From Amoebidium appalachense (lineage: Eukaryota; Protista; Ichthyosporea): 64,000 bases of DNA. The notes under the pieces were generated by a model. The model was not told the DNA's origin. It made no database searches and saw only the letters and a list, made by a program, of their open reading frames with translations. The position numbers and the translations under genes are program-made. The DNA lies in assembly GCA_963693365.1 (NCBI GenBank), contig CAVNZM010000008.1, forward strand, positions 4,059,572 to 4,123,571. Direction: 5' to 3'. Shown here in pieces: positions 37,227 to 50,854 of the stretch. Numbering within the stretch: the stretch's first letter is position 1; each line of letters opens with the position of its first letter.

Positions 37227-38508
37227 GGAGGGGAGGGGGGCGGGGGGAGCCTCCCAGGGTAAGGAAGGAAGAAAGGGGGAGGAGAGTGGCCAGAGAGGGC
37301 CGGAGGGGGGGGGGGGGGGGGGGGGGGGAGGGGGAGGGGGGGGGGGGGGGGGGTAAGGGGAGGGGAAGGGGGGGGGGGGGTAAGGGAGGGTGGGTGGGTG
37401 GGGGGGTGGGGGAGAGGGGGGGGGGGGGGGGAAGGGGGGGAGGGGGGGGGGGGGGGCAGCATGAGTTCACGCGACCACACATATACCAAACTGCACATGC
37501 ACGAAAGAGTATCGCCTCAGATGACAGAAGGCTGCGAGAATTAGTGGCCTCACAAAATTTAATGATTTCGAAACACATTACATATGTTGTTATATACCTG
37601 GGTAAAGATATAGAAAGCCACACACACGTACGCGTACACGCATGCACATGCACACGCACACAGACACACACACGTGCACACGCGCGCACGTGCACACACG
37701 CGCACACGCGCCCACACAGGCACATCCACACACATGAACACGTGTGCAAATGAAGCGGACACACACGCACACGCTCACACACTGTATCTGCACATGGTAC
37801 ATGCACATACACGCACATACGCACAAAACAAAAGACTCACCCACGGAAAGAAGAGAGGAAAAGAAACCAAAAAGGTGATCATAGTAATTGCCTGGCAATG
37901 TGAAAACGTCAGTGATTGGTTGAGTGTTTTTGAAAGGTTTTCAGTGTCCAATGCAGAGAAACTAGTGTTTTAGCACACAAGTTTCAACACGTCAGCACTG
38001 ATTCTTTACAGGCAATGATTTCACTCAGTTATTCTAAACAGTAACGCACACACGGGAGTTAAACAAAAGTCAGCCAACAAACTCTGTATCGGGGTCTACA
38101 CACCTTGCCCTTCCAACCAACGTCTTCTTCAACGAAATGCTTCGTTTTCTCCCTCTTCTCGTCAACGCCTAGAGCTAAAAAAAATCTTTCAACCTTTTCT
38201 TTAATGTGTTGCCCTCTACAAAACGATTAGAGAAGGTTCATCTTGTGGCCCATCAAATGTCTTGGAAGCAACTTAAAAGAGAACAAAATGCTGTTCTCAG
38301 CACACGGCATGTGCTAGCTTAAACGATTGCTTGGGTATCGTTGTTTATACTTACCATATTTGGGACACTTGAGAGGCTATGATTGGTGGGTTATGTGGCA
38401 ACCAATCAAAAATGGACAGGTGGCAACTGCCGGAATGCAAGCTCAAAAGAGCAATTCCCCCGTGCCATCTTCCAGCCAGTCCTCACCTTGTTGGACGTAT
38501 CATGTCAG

Positions 38509-38545
<37 letters not shown>

Positions 38546-39764
38546 TTCGGCACTGGCAAACTTTTTTTTGAAAATAAAAAAAAAACTTCGAAGACTATGG
38601 AAGAAAAAGAAAAGCACCGAGAAGAGCTTATTCCACCGAAAATGCGTCGAGAACCCGGTTTTATAAGGCTCTATTGCTTTGTAGCATCAAAATCTTTCTT
38701 TTCTCCGTTTTTATTCACTTCGTCCCAATGCACAACTGCCAGAGACGTCCGAACACGTGCACACGTGCCACATGCATGGGTATCACCTGACAGATCAAGT
38801 TAAATGAAAACTGAATGGATTGGCTTTGCCCCCAACAAATACACCGTGACCAGGAAAGCCACGGGAAATAATTCAGAGTACAATTGATGCCAATGGTGTC
38901 AGACGCATCAGACTCCACTTCTTAGGTTGAGGACCATTCACACACAAACTAGACGAATTCGTGAACGAACAACATACTCACTCGTTACCCGGCATGACAG
39001 TAAAAATTGAAACAATCCGTGTCAATGCCCTGTGTCCTTTAGGGGCCCCTTAAGGTTTTTCTTCGAAGGTTAATTTTTATACGAAAACTGACTTAATTCA
39101 CTCTAATACATCTTTATAGTTTACTGCTAAACACTGACCAACACCATATATATCTCTTTCTAAGTTCAAACTCTTCTTCCTTTCCACAAGCCTGATATAA
39201 AAAAAAAACCAAACCACACCACCCCCCCGAACACTAAATCTCTACCCCAGTGCACACAGTGAAAATTTTCACCATGACCAGTCGTCAGCACCGTGCCATC
39301 CTGATCCCTCCCACAGAGGAATATCCCGTTAACGAACACGCACAGGGACAGGGAGTCACGAAAACCACGGGAATACACACAGATGTGGTGGAAGATATGG
39401 GGCTTTACAACGTGGGAAAGATTGTGAAGAGGAATAGGGGGGAGGGGGAGGGGGGAGGGAAGGGTGGTGGGTTCTGGGGAGGTGGGAGAGGATGTGTTTG
39501 TGGTGGCGGAGGGGGAGAGGGAGGAGGGTGGTCAAGGGGTGGAAGTGCCCGTGGAGATGTACAGGGGTGTCGATTGGAAGGTAGGATTTGTTGTGTCGCG
39601 GGTTTTCTTTCTTTCTTTCTTTCCTTTTTTTTCTGGATTGTGAAGAGTTTTTGAAAAGCGGATTCAGAAGCTTTGTCAAAATGAAACCAAGGTCGAATTT
39701 TGTGATTGTGTGCTTGCGTGCCTTTTCGGTGGTGGTGGCGGTGGTGGTGGTGGTTAAAGGAGGA

Positions 39765-39803
<39 letters not shown>

Positions 39804-40063
39804 GGTCACTGTCCATATATATGTTTGTGCGTGTGTGTGTACGACGTGTGCATGTGTTTGAGCCCGTGTGTCACGTGCCCCGTTCCCCTTTTCCCCTTCT
39901 CTCTCTCCGATCTCCCCGGCAGCCTCACCAGTGCCATGCACACACACACATACACACACACACACACACAATACGTATGCGGTCCACATGCACACGCGCG
40001 CGGTGTCAGACACAACACTTACATACACTACCCACACACACCACACATGCGCGCACGCTCGAA

Positions 40064-40095
<32 letters not shown>

Positions 40096-41372
40096 GGCAA
40101 CACATGCAACACATGCAAAATCATGCACAGGCACAAACTTGACACACACACACGCGCGCGCTTCTTAAAGCTTCTCTCCAAATGGTCGACATGCAAGTGA
40201 GACATTCACACAACACTGCTAGAGTTCCTCTACACACATACACACACGCGCGCTCAAAACACACGTGCGCAAACGTGTATACACACACACGTGTGCCCGT
40301 ACACAAAACATCCGGCACACAACCACATTCCCAGCCACGCGACCATATGATACCTCTTGTTCTAGCTGTGCACATGGGCATCATGCAGCTTTTTTGGTTT
40401 CCCTGTTACATTTGACCAGCTTAGTGCATTTTGTGTGTGGCCGCATCTGCAGGAGGTACCCGGTATGCCGCAGCGCGCGTGGGAGAACGAGCCGAAGGGG
40501 AGAGAGTACCGCTGACCGCCTGAGACACCGCCAGTCTCTGCCAGTACTATCTCGTTTATGGCATTTTTGCTTGCTTTTCCCCGCCGTTTTTTCTTTCATT
40601 TTTTCTGATCTGTCGAAAGGAAGACGAAGATTCTGTGTTTGTTCACGGTATTGTTGAGTCTTGTTAGCCAATAGTTGTGATCCAAATATCTCCAAATACA
40701 GTTTATCTGATTTTGAGTTGCAATGTAATTGGTGTGAATAGGTGGAATAGATCTTACCGCCAACTGCATGCATCAACGCTACCCCCAACAAGTTTATGAA
40801 AAATAAAACGAAAACCGCGTCTTGGCCAGTGGCTATGGCACGGAAAGGGTGGTACATCACGTGCGAGTGCGTGTGTGTGTGTGTACGTCCATGTGGATGT
40901 TTGTACGTGTTACGGCGAAGGGCTTTACAATGTACAGAATGTAGTGACCCGTCACACACACACAGTGTCACACACTTGCTACCGGTGCGCAGGTGTACAA
41001 CATCTATATATATGGGACATGTACTTGTGTCCGTGCGCGCTCGCTAAATGTAAACTGGTACCACTGTGTGCGTACGCGTGCCAGACCTGAGTATTTGTGC
41101 ATTTGACGATTGGGCCTTCCAAGGGGGTTAGAAAGTGGGGAGGTGTAAGGGAGGTAGGGAGGGAGGGAAGGCAGGGGGGGGGGGGGGGGGGGGGGGGGGG
41201 GGTCAGCCTGGCGTTTGCGTCACATAGGTGCACAGACCAGTATATAAGAAGTGACGTGACAGCTGGTAGAGTTGCACCACCGTAAACCACTGATGAGAGT
41301 TGACGTGACACCTGTAAAGTTTGTGGTTCTCACATTGTCATGCTGTATCATGCACACCGGAGAAACTGATTG

Positions 41373-41434
<62 letters not shown>

Positions 41435-41523
41435 GGGGGGGGGGGGGGGGGGGGGGAGGGGGGGGGGGGGGGGTATGTGTGTGTGCTTTGAATTTTGGAG
41501 TTGCCAACGTGTTTTGGTTTAGC

Positions 41524-41621
41524 TACTAGCATCGTAGCACCCTAGCTAGAGTACTGTCGGTGCTGGGTGGAAGACGGTAGTTCCCCCTGAGGGCCCCTAG
41601 GGGTACCTCCGGGAACAAAAC
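41524..41621 (-). mobile_element. 98-bp dispersed repeat, copy 2; Helitron-like 3' end
   Basis: Reverse complement of 19671-19768 with a few substitutions. Confidence 0.55.
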
Positions 41622-43144
41622 GGGATTAAAAAAAAAATTAAAAAAATAAAAAATAAAAAAAAATAAAAACCAAACGTGTCGAAAACAAAGACAGGTGAGT
41701 GAGTGGGACATGGCTCGAGAACGTTTCAGTCACAAGATAACCAAGAACGACTCAGCATGCGTCCGTGTGCTCACTATATCGTGTCATGAATAAAGAAAAG
41801 TTCAGGCCCAAAGCCACGATAGAGGCCACATCAGGCTCACATATATAAGGAAGCTATGTCTAAAAATGCGTCACTTTTCGTTTGTTTTCCAGCTTCATCC
41901 TGCAAAGTTTAACAGTGATATTCCCTAATTGTCTTTAAAAAATCTCACGAGTCCCTGTAGTGTTTATTTTAAAACTGGAGCCTCGTTAAGCCTGTCACAG
42001 TGGTATTGAAGCTGGCAGAAGAAAACGTGAAGGTATGCGAACCTGAACACTGATGATTTTTTTTTGTGGTTTTCTGTGTATAAATTTGTGTTTTTCGTTT
42101 TCGGTTATTCCTTTCTTGCCTTAAGTTACATACTACTTCAGTAATTTATTCCGTGTCCTTAAGCTTCCTAAACCTAATACTATTTTAGCCCTGCCCACGG
42201 ACAGAATACACATAACGATGTAGCAAACACAAATAAGTGTTAATTAAGAACCAGCTTTTACGTGCACATGAGATACCACTAACCAACACAGTACATACAG
42301 CTGCACCTTGATCATCATGTTATTCATCCCCCCCCCCCCCCCCCCCCCCCCTGCTTTCCCATCCTTTTCCTCCTCATCTCCCTCATCCCCTCCCTTCCTG
42401 ACTTCCCCTCATCCGAGGCAAAAAAAAAAAAAACCCCCCGGTCAAACCTAAATGTGGTCACAGCTTTGTTCATTTGTCTCATTCGTTCTTATATCTATCT
42501 ACATACTCCTTTTCTGTGCCCCACCACGAAGTGTTAACAAATGCGAATGACCCCCTAGTGACTTCGTCTTCCCCGAGCGCCTTACCCTCTTAGGCTATCT
42601 TGATGTAGCCGATATTCTGACTGTTTCAACCGTTCCGCACAAGTTAAAGGTTTCTGGTGGTGACACTATTTAGGTTGCACTGTAACCAATTGACCCCCCC
42701 CCCCGCCCCGCCCCCTCCTCCCACCCTACCCCTCCCCCTCCCACCCCCTACCGGTCCCCTCCCCCCCCCCCCCCCTCCCCCTCCGGTGCCCTTCGCCCCT
42801 CCCCCCTCCTCCCCCTCCCCCCTCTCCGCTGCTTCCGTCCTCAGGGCCGTCTGTGATGTTGTATTCACCACATTGTCAGACACATCCCCACACCCCACAA
42901 TCGTTTGCTCGCCCCTTGATCAACCTTACATTTTATTTCCCCGAGTTTTTAACTGCCCAGTTAAATAAGTCTCATTACGGAATCTCCCCCCTCCCCTCCC
43001 TTTTCACCCTATCGATACCCGATCGCCTCCTTTGAATGTTTCCTCCCTGTGTCATTGACACCCCCCCCCCCCCCTCCCTCCCCCCCTCCCCCCTCCCCCC
43101 TTCTCCCCCCTTCCCCCCCCCCCTCCCCCCCCTCCGTCTGCAGA

Positions 43145-43390
43145 ATGTCTGACTACGGGTCTACCGTGTATGGTGCCTCCAAGGAGGGTTCAGAGGACAC
43201 CCAGAGTGGGTTGGACGCTATGGCTGTGGCTGAGGGTGGGTGGCCTCCCTTCAAATTCATTGTTTCTCCTTTTTTGTTTAAGGATTCTCCTCTTTTCTCC
43301 CCTCACTTTTCCCTCCTCCCATAATGTTTTTCGAGCTACTGTACTTGGCTTGTATGTGTGGATGTCCCATGAATGGGTTATGTTTTTCGT

Positions 43391-43421
<31 letters not shown>

Positions 43422-43499
43422 TTTCCCCCCGCGCCAACTTAAAAAAAAAAAAAGAAACTTTAAAAAAATTATAATAACAAAGAAACCCTCCCCCCCCCA

Positions 43500-43584
<85 letters not shown>

Positions 43585-45013
43585 GCACCTCCCACCCACA
43601 CAAACCCACCCACACATGACCCAATCACAGACGTCCTTGGTGATCTAGGGGATACCCCCGTGACCATCACGCGCACGACCTACGTCAAGCGAACCATCAC
43701 CACCACCACATACGGCATGGGTGGGGGGGGAGGGAGGCAACGTGGAGGGGGAGGAGGGGGAGGAGTATGTGGGGGGAGAAAGAGAGGAGGAGGCACCTGC
43801 ACCGGGAGGATTCGAGGGCGAGGGTGGGGAGAGTCGTGGTATGACGGGTATGCGTGCCCCCTTCCCTCTTCTCTCCCTCCCTCCCCCCCCCCCCCCCCCC
43901 CCCCCCTCGCACCAAAAAAAAAAAGAAAAAAATGCTTCTTGCCCTCAGCCTTCTCGTGCTTCGCCTTTCCACTTCCTATATTTCCTTCTCCACCCCTCTG
44001 TTCCATTCATTCCTTTTTGAAAAACACCGCCTTCAAAACCTATGCCAAATCCTCAACCCCCCACCTTCCCCCGCCCTCTTCCTCCCCCTTTCCCCCGGCC
44101 CCAACACTCACTATCTTCCCCCCCCCCCCCCCCCCCCCCCCCTCTCTCCCCCCTTCTTCCCCCGTTGATTTGGTGGTGCATCACCGTCCTTCTTAGAAGT
44201 TGAAAAACCAAAAACCGACGTTAAATCTCGACTCTTATATCCAAGGATGTATAAGTTCATTCTTGCGTACTCATCATAATAAGATCCAAATGCTAATCTC
44301 CCGCCCCTTGCACTCAATGATGCATGCTGCTTACTGCCTCCCCCTCCCCTCCCCCCCCCCCCTTCCTCCTACCCACTCCCACCCCCCCCCTCCCCCCTCC
44401 TCCCTACCCCCACCCCCCCCCCCCCTCCTCCCCCCCCACCCCCCTCTCAGGCCGGCCCCTTTCTTCACTCTTCCCTTTCCCCGTCTGTATCTCCCCTTTG
44501 CACCCCCATAAATTCATCACCTCTAATCGAATCCTCACGTTCTCTTCCACACCACCTCCTCCCCCCCCCCCCCCCCCCCCCCCGACACATACATACACAA
44601 ACACCCCCTCTCGGGGAACCATCATCCCCCCCCCCCCCCCCCCCCCGACACATACATACACAAACACCCCCTCTCGAGGCACCATCATCCCCCCCCCCCT
44701 CCCCCCCCCCCCCCCCCCCCCCCTCCCTCTCCCCCGGCCCTGCACTTCCGTCATCACTTCCTTTCCCATTCTCTCTCCCTTCCTCTCCCCCCCTCCCCCC
44801 CTTCTCCCCCCGCGCACACACACACCCTCCCCTCCCCTTTCCCTCATGAAAAAAATTACAGGTGAGAGGATGTCAAATCAGGGGGAGAGCAACGTGGGGG
44901 AGGGCCAGAACACCGAGATTGGTGCTGACGTGGAACGGGGGGGGTCTGTGAGGATATCCATGAAATTTCAAAGTTATCTATACCTACGAGACCACTACAG
45001 GGGATCGATATAG
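43145..45013 (+). CDS. Small multi-exon hypothetical protein (MSDYGSTV... / DVLGDLGDTPVTITRTTYVKRTITTTTYG / GERMSNQGES...)
   Basis: Exons 43145-43235, 43631-~43714/43720 and 44862-45013 joined by phase-1 introns with CAG acceptors. The 3' end is uncertain because of a G run at ~44937-44944. Confidence 0.5.
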
Positions 45014-45440
45014 CTTTGGGTGTTTGTACACGAGACGTGGAATATGAAGTGAAAATTGGGGGGATTGGGTGATCAAATTCCATACGGAATCCGTCAGAAT
45101 ATGAGCCTCATATTTCAAAAAAAAAAAAAAAAAAAAAAAAAATCATGGCTGCGGCCGTGTATGGGTTGTTAAAAATACACGGGGGTTTCAAAAACATAAC
45201 AATTTATACTGTTGGAGATTGACATTGGAGTCTGAGAAAAGGGATTTGAGCTATCTCGTTTAGAAGTTTGTGTGGGAAAGAATTGTATGCAACTAAACAG
45301 ATGGTCTGGGTGTCAATAAATTTAGATAAACATTTTCTCTATATACAGCGGGGCTGTTCGTGAACCGAAATTCCGATCTGATTTGTAATGAACCCTCCCC
45401 ACCCAACCTACCCCAACCACCTACGGCACCACCTGCCGAT

Positions 45441-45471
<31 letters not shown>

Positions 45472-46811
45472 CCCCCCTCCCCCCGGTCCCCGCCCCTGGG
45501 CGCCCCAGGCGGATTCTTCACCAGTCAGTGTTCCCAGCCCAGCCACCCTCCAAATTTTTTTTAATCTTCACCTCCGATATAGTAGTAGTGGTCGGATTCC
45601 AAATTGGTCCGAAGTTGAAGTTGTGGTATATTATGCAAACCGGATCGCGGTCTTTTGAGTAGTTCCTATCTTCTGAACTCCCATCGAGTTCTTTCGGATT
45701 CCCCCCCCCCCCTCCCCCCCCCCCTCCCCCCCCCCCCCGTTCCCCCCTCCTCCCCCCTCCCCTCCCCACCTTTCCCCCCCGGTCCAGCCCCTTGTTTTCC
45801 CTTTTTTTCTTTTTTCATCGAGAAGAAAGGAAAGAGGGGGGAGGAGGTGTCTGAGCTGGTTGGTGGTTTTCCGGACACAGAGAGGGAGAGCAAGTTGGAT
45901 CATGAAGTGAGACCAGTGGGGACGGGGAGGGGGGTAATGTTTGCACTCGTGTGAGTGGGCTATGGAAGAGGGACGGAGGATTGAGGGAAACGGGGAGGGG
46001 GAGAGGGGAGGAGGTAGGGGGGCAGGAGGGGGGGAGGGGGGGGGAGGGGGGGGGGGGGGGGAGCAAGGGGTTGAGAAATTAGCAAAGGCGGTATGGTAAA
46101 GTTAAATACCCGACCTATATGGAATTTATATCACATTGACTAAGGCACTTAAGTGAAGGGCAAGGGGAGGGGAATGGGAAAGGGGATGGGTGGGTGGGGT
46201 GGGTGGGTGGGTGGGGGAGGGGAGGAGGGGGCGCGGGGGGCGAGGGGGGGGGGGGGGAGAGAGAGAGAGAGAGAGAAAGGGAAGGGGGCTGGGGAAGGCG
46301 AGAGAGCCTGAGGGGAGGGGGAGAAAGAGGTGAAGATGAGGGTAAACTGATTGCGGCACTTGGGTGGAGAAATGGGAGAGGAGGTAGGGAGGGGAGAAGG
46401 GGGGGGGGGAGGGGGGTAGAGGAAGGGGAGGAGGAGGGAAATGAGAGAGCTAAAGAACACGGGAGAAAGAAGGGAGGCCGCACCAGGATGGGGCTTTTGT
46501 GTTGCATTGATGTCTGTTATCAGCACATGTACCCTTTTATGTTTGTTTTTTTTGGAAGGAGAGGAGTGTAAGTGGATGAGGGTTGGGGTGGGGGTTGGGG
46601 GAAAGGGGAGGGGAGAGATAGGGGTGCCATGGTGATAGTGGAGTTTTTATGAGAATTTTTAAAAACGAGATAAGCACTGTGCCGTTTTTTGTTTTTCCTG
46701 GAAGAGGGGAAGGAGGGGGGGGGGGGGGGGGGGGGGGAGGGTTCAACGTGATACACTGTACCCAACAATCCATGATTTGGTCTTTGCAGATATACAAGAC
46801 GAGATAGAAAA

Positions 46812-46920
46812 CATGCCGTACGTGGTGGTGGTGATGGTTCGCTTGACGTAGGTCGTGCGGTTGATGGTCACAAAGGTATCCCCTAGATCACCGAGGACGT
46901 CTGTGATTGGGTCATGTGTG
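46812..46920 (-). repeat. Inverted duplicate of exon 43631-43714 with its acceptor (paralogous exon or pseudo-exon)
   Basis: 109-bp inverted match to 43611-43719. Encodes DVLGDLGDTFVTINRTTYVKRTITTTTYG, frame intact. Confidence 0.8.
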
Positions 46921-47986
46921 CACTTGTGTTTGGGGCAAGTGATCAGAGGGAGTAGTGTGGGGGAAAGCTCGAATTGCTGAGTGACTTTGCAGAGGCCCTT
47001 GGGGGGCGGGGGGAGGGGAGGGGGAAGGGGACGGGGGGGGGGGGGGGGATGGGAGGAGGAGGGGTTGAGGGGGGCAGGCTTAGGGGGAGAGGCGGGGGCA
47101 TAACAAAAACTAGTGTAAGGAGTTTGGCTAGTGGACGGCCGTTTTTGTGTGTGCATGTGGGAAGGAAGGAAGGTCAGGAGGGGGTGGGGGTGGGGGGGGG
47201 GGGGGGAGGGGGGGGGGGGAGGGGGGGGGGGGGGGGGGGGAGAGAAGGAACATGGAAAGGGAGAAAGGTGGAATTTGGGAGGGGGGGAGGGGGGGAGGGG
47301 GGGGAAGGAGGAGGTTAAGCGCCAAGTAGTCTGAATTCCTGACATATAGCATCGGTGGTGGGATTGTGTTGAGGGGGCAAGCTGGCCGTGGAAGGGGCAG
47401 AGGGATAAGACGCAGGAGAGGATATCACATGCTCTGTTCCCGAAAGTAATTAACAGTAGTTGTTAGCATTGGATATTACATTGCATTAGCCCCCTCCCCC
47501 TCCCCCCCCCCCCCCCCCTCCCTCCCTCCCTCCCCCCCTCCCCTCCCCCTCCCCCCTACTCTCCGGGGTCCCCCTACCCGGCGAGTACCCGCCCCGCTGC
47601 CATCACCTCCGAGCATAGTACGCAGAGTCGCGACGGGTGGAGGAGGGGGGGAGGGGGCTGCCCAGGGACATGCAGCAAAAGGTGAATGATATGATCGGGA
47701 TGCACTATGATTACACCAAGTTCGATATCATTCTAGGTTAGTTTATCGGCTGCAATTGATCGGAGGCCTTGCATGGTAAAAAAAAAAGGATCCCAGCACA
47801 GCCGAGATATGCACCGTGCTGGAATATTCATGGCGTAACTCGTGGCAAGCAAGAAAGTCCGTGCCTTATGACACCGGAGCTCAAAAAAAAAAAAAAAAAA
47901 ATGAAAGTTCGTGCACCTTACACCCCCTGCCCCTTTCAAGTGCCCCCCCTCCCCCCCCCCCCCCCCCCCCCCTCTCTCTCTCTCTC

Positions 47987-48020
<34 letters not shown>

Positions 48021-48246
48021 GGGTCCCCTTCCTCTCTCCCTCAGCAAAAAAAAAATAAAAAAAAAATAAAATTGCAGTGTCAAAGTCTCACGTGCTCCCC
48101 TATCTCACACTCACGGGGGCTACTGTATTCGAACAATCAACAGAAAACCAATGGCAAGTCCGAGCAATAAACCGGAAATTCAGATAATGGCCAGAAATAC
48201 CCACGCTAATTTCTAGCACTCAATAAACAGTAAAATCATATTCCAG

Positions 48247-48569
48247 CTACTCGACGAATTCCAGGCTCGGATTTTCCTCCGGGAGAATTGCTTCCCCCTC
48301 CTCGTGACCCCAATCACCGGGTCCTCCAGTGGAGCTATATCCCCCTGCCTCATCATCATCATCAAATTTCGTTCCCGTTTCCCCGTAATTTCCCGTTTCT
48401 CCAACTTTCTCATCACTGACCCCCTCCCCACCCTGAATTTCAAAGCCTCCGGTGTTCATGTCCCCATAGCCGACGGTGGAGGTGGGGTCTGAAAAGTTGT
48501 TTGGAACCCCCCCAAGCCCAACCTCATCCTCTTCTGCGTCTTCCTTAAAAGCGCCGCGGTAACAGGCTG

Positions 48570-48624
<55 letters not shown>

Positions 48625-49066
48625 TGTGCGCGCGCGTGTGTCTGTGTGTCTGTGTGTGTGTGTGTATCATCAGCGGCTTGTGGGTATGTGTTGTTGTCGT
48701 AAGTGTTGTGTGATTTGTGTGCGTGAGTGTGACATGCACAAGGAAAGGTTCAACACAGCACACACATGCACACATGGATAAAATATATGTGCACACACAG
48801 CTTGAAAATTAACACTCTGTTACCATAATTCGTTCTTTCCCAGCCCTCCAAAAAGTTAGTTTCCGCCATTCAAAAGATACCCCCCCGGAACGAGGAGGGG
48901 GGGGAGGGGAGCAGTTAAGGTGGGGATAAAAAAAAAGAAAGGGGAATAAAGTACATAAAGCGCAGAGGGTGCAGCCGGGGATGGGGGGTGGGGATGGGGG
49001 TAGAGTGGGGTGGGGTGGGATGGGGTGGGTGGGTGGCGGTAGGGTGGTTGGCGGGTGGCAATTGGT

Positions 49067-49109
<43 letters not shown>

Positions 49110-49288
49110 AGGCATACGTACCCTCTCCTCCCGGACCCTCGACGCCTGCACCGTAGCTGCGTGGCTCCTCCCCCCACCCCCCTCACCTCCCCCACCCCCT
49201 CCCAGGCCCACATCACTGAAGTCCTCTCCCTCGTCTCCCATAGCCCCTGTGTGCGCCAGTCAACATGTCAGCATGCAGAATGAGAATA

Positions 49289-49359
<71 letters not shown>

Positions 49360-49431
49360 TTTTGCCATATCCGTATTGCTTTTTCTGTTGGGATTTTGTG
49401 TCCCCCCTCCCCCCTCCCCCCTCCCCCCCCC

Positions 49432-49477
<46 letters not shown>

Positions 49478-49617
49478 CCCCTCCTTCCAAAAAAAAAAAA
49501 AAAAAAAAAAAAGTTAAACAAAAGATGGTCCTCCATTTTTAACTGTGTGCACATGCTTATTATCGTTGCTCATAACTCCAATCCGAATCATAAAATGCAT
49601 TACCTTATCCGTAATCA

Positions 49618-49666
<49 letters not shown>

Positions 49667-50253
49667 ACACACACATTAGACGGCCCTCCTCCCCTCCGCA
49701 GCGCCACACACACCACACACCCCTGTCCGCAACCAATCCACCTTCACCACTGGTGCACCAGATTAGAGTGACCTATTACCCTTCCCATTACATTACCACC
49801 CTCCTCCATTCGTAAGACACATTCAAAGGTGCAAACGGATCGATGTTTTTAACTCCTACGTATACCATTTCACCTTTATAACACAAAGCGCATAATGTGC
49901 TTCCCACATCCCCTGAGTTTAAAATCTTGGCTTTTTAACATTTTAACTAGAATACCAGTGGCACCCCGGCTTTTTGGGGTAGCCCTCCCCTCTCCACCCG
50001 GGCTGTAGCTGCGTGGCTCCTCCCCCACCCCCCTCACCTCTCCCACGTCCCCCACTCCCACATCGCTAAAGTCTTGTCTCTCGTCGCTCATGGCCCCTGT
50101 GTATGCGCTCAAGATATGATTTGTACTTCGAGTGTGCATACTTTTATTACCTCTTCCCTCGCCACCTCAGCACTCCCCACCTTCTGTAATCTCTCCCCGT
50201 ACCGTATCCCTCTTTTTCGCATGTTTCATCCTAAGCACCCCGTCCCCCCCCCC

Positions 50254-50298
<45 letters not shown>

Positions 50299-50537
50299 TA
50301 CCCCTACCCCCTTGCACACACAAAAAACTTACTCCACCCACCCACCCAACCAAGCAAAATAATAATAATAATATTGATAACAATAATAATGATCATGATC
50401 AAAACTGCAGGGGGAGGGGGGGGGGGGGAGATTCTCTACCCCACCTTAATACACAACAATCACGGGTCTCAGTCCATGGCACTGCGTTGGGATGCATGTG
50501 GTGCTGGTATTTTTTTCTTCCTTTTTTTTTTTTTTTT

Positions 50538-50591
<54 letters not shown>

Positions 50592-50854
50592 GGGGTCGTT
50601 GTTTGTTGCAAATTTCTGCTGAATATGCTTTCACTCCACACATACCAACAAGAAAATTTCATTATCTAAGTAGGTGCCTTTAAAAATCGAACGACCATGG
50701 AGCCATTAATTTTTATAATCATACCTGTGGGAACGCCGCTCTTGGGCACGTCTGTCCTGACCAGGCCCCCCGGCACATCTGTATAGAGCCCACCGCCCCC
50801 AATACCAACCCCGGCATCCGCATAGTCTCCTTCCTCACTCTTTCTGAACGACAT
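48247..50854 (-). CDS. Four-exon acidic Gly-rich hypothetical protein (~235 aa) with tandemly duplicated exons
   Basis: Exons 50725-50854, 49956-50096, 49122-49246, 48247-48566, all GT-AG phase 1. Exons 2 and 3 share GAM.DE..DFSDVG.G.VGEVRGVGEEPRSY. Exon 3 needs homopolymer correction. Confidence 0.6.

Noticed and set aside
39290-40640. Exon-like islands at ~39320-39411 (+) and ~40440-40560 (-)
   Set aside because: They could not be joined to a gene model with consistent phase and show no recognisable motifs.
19671-41621. A single 22-kb giant transposon (Polinton-like) bounded by the 98-bp inverted repeats
   Set aside because: No TSD at the outer ends and no integrase, polymerase, capsid or transposase ORF inside.
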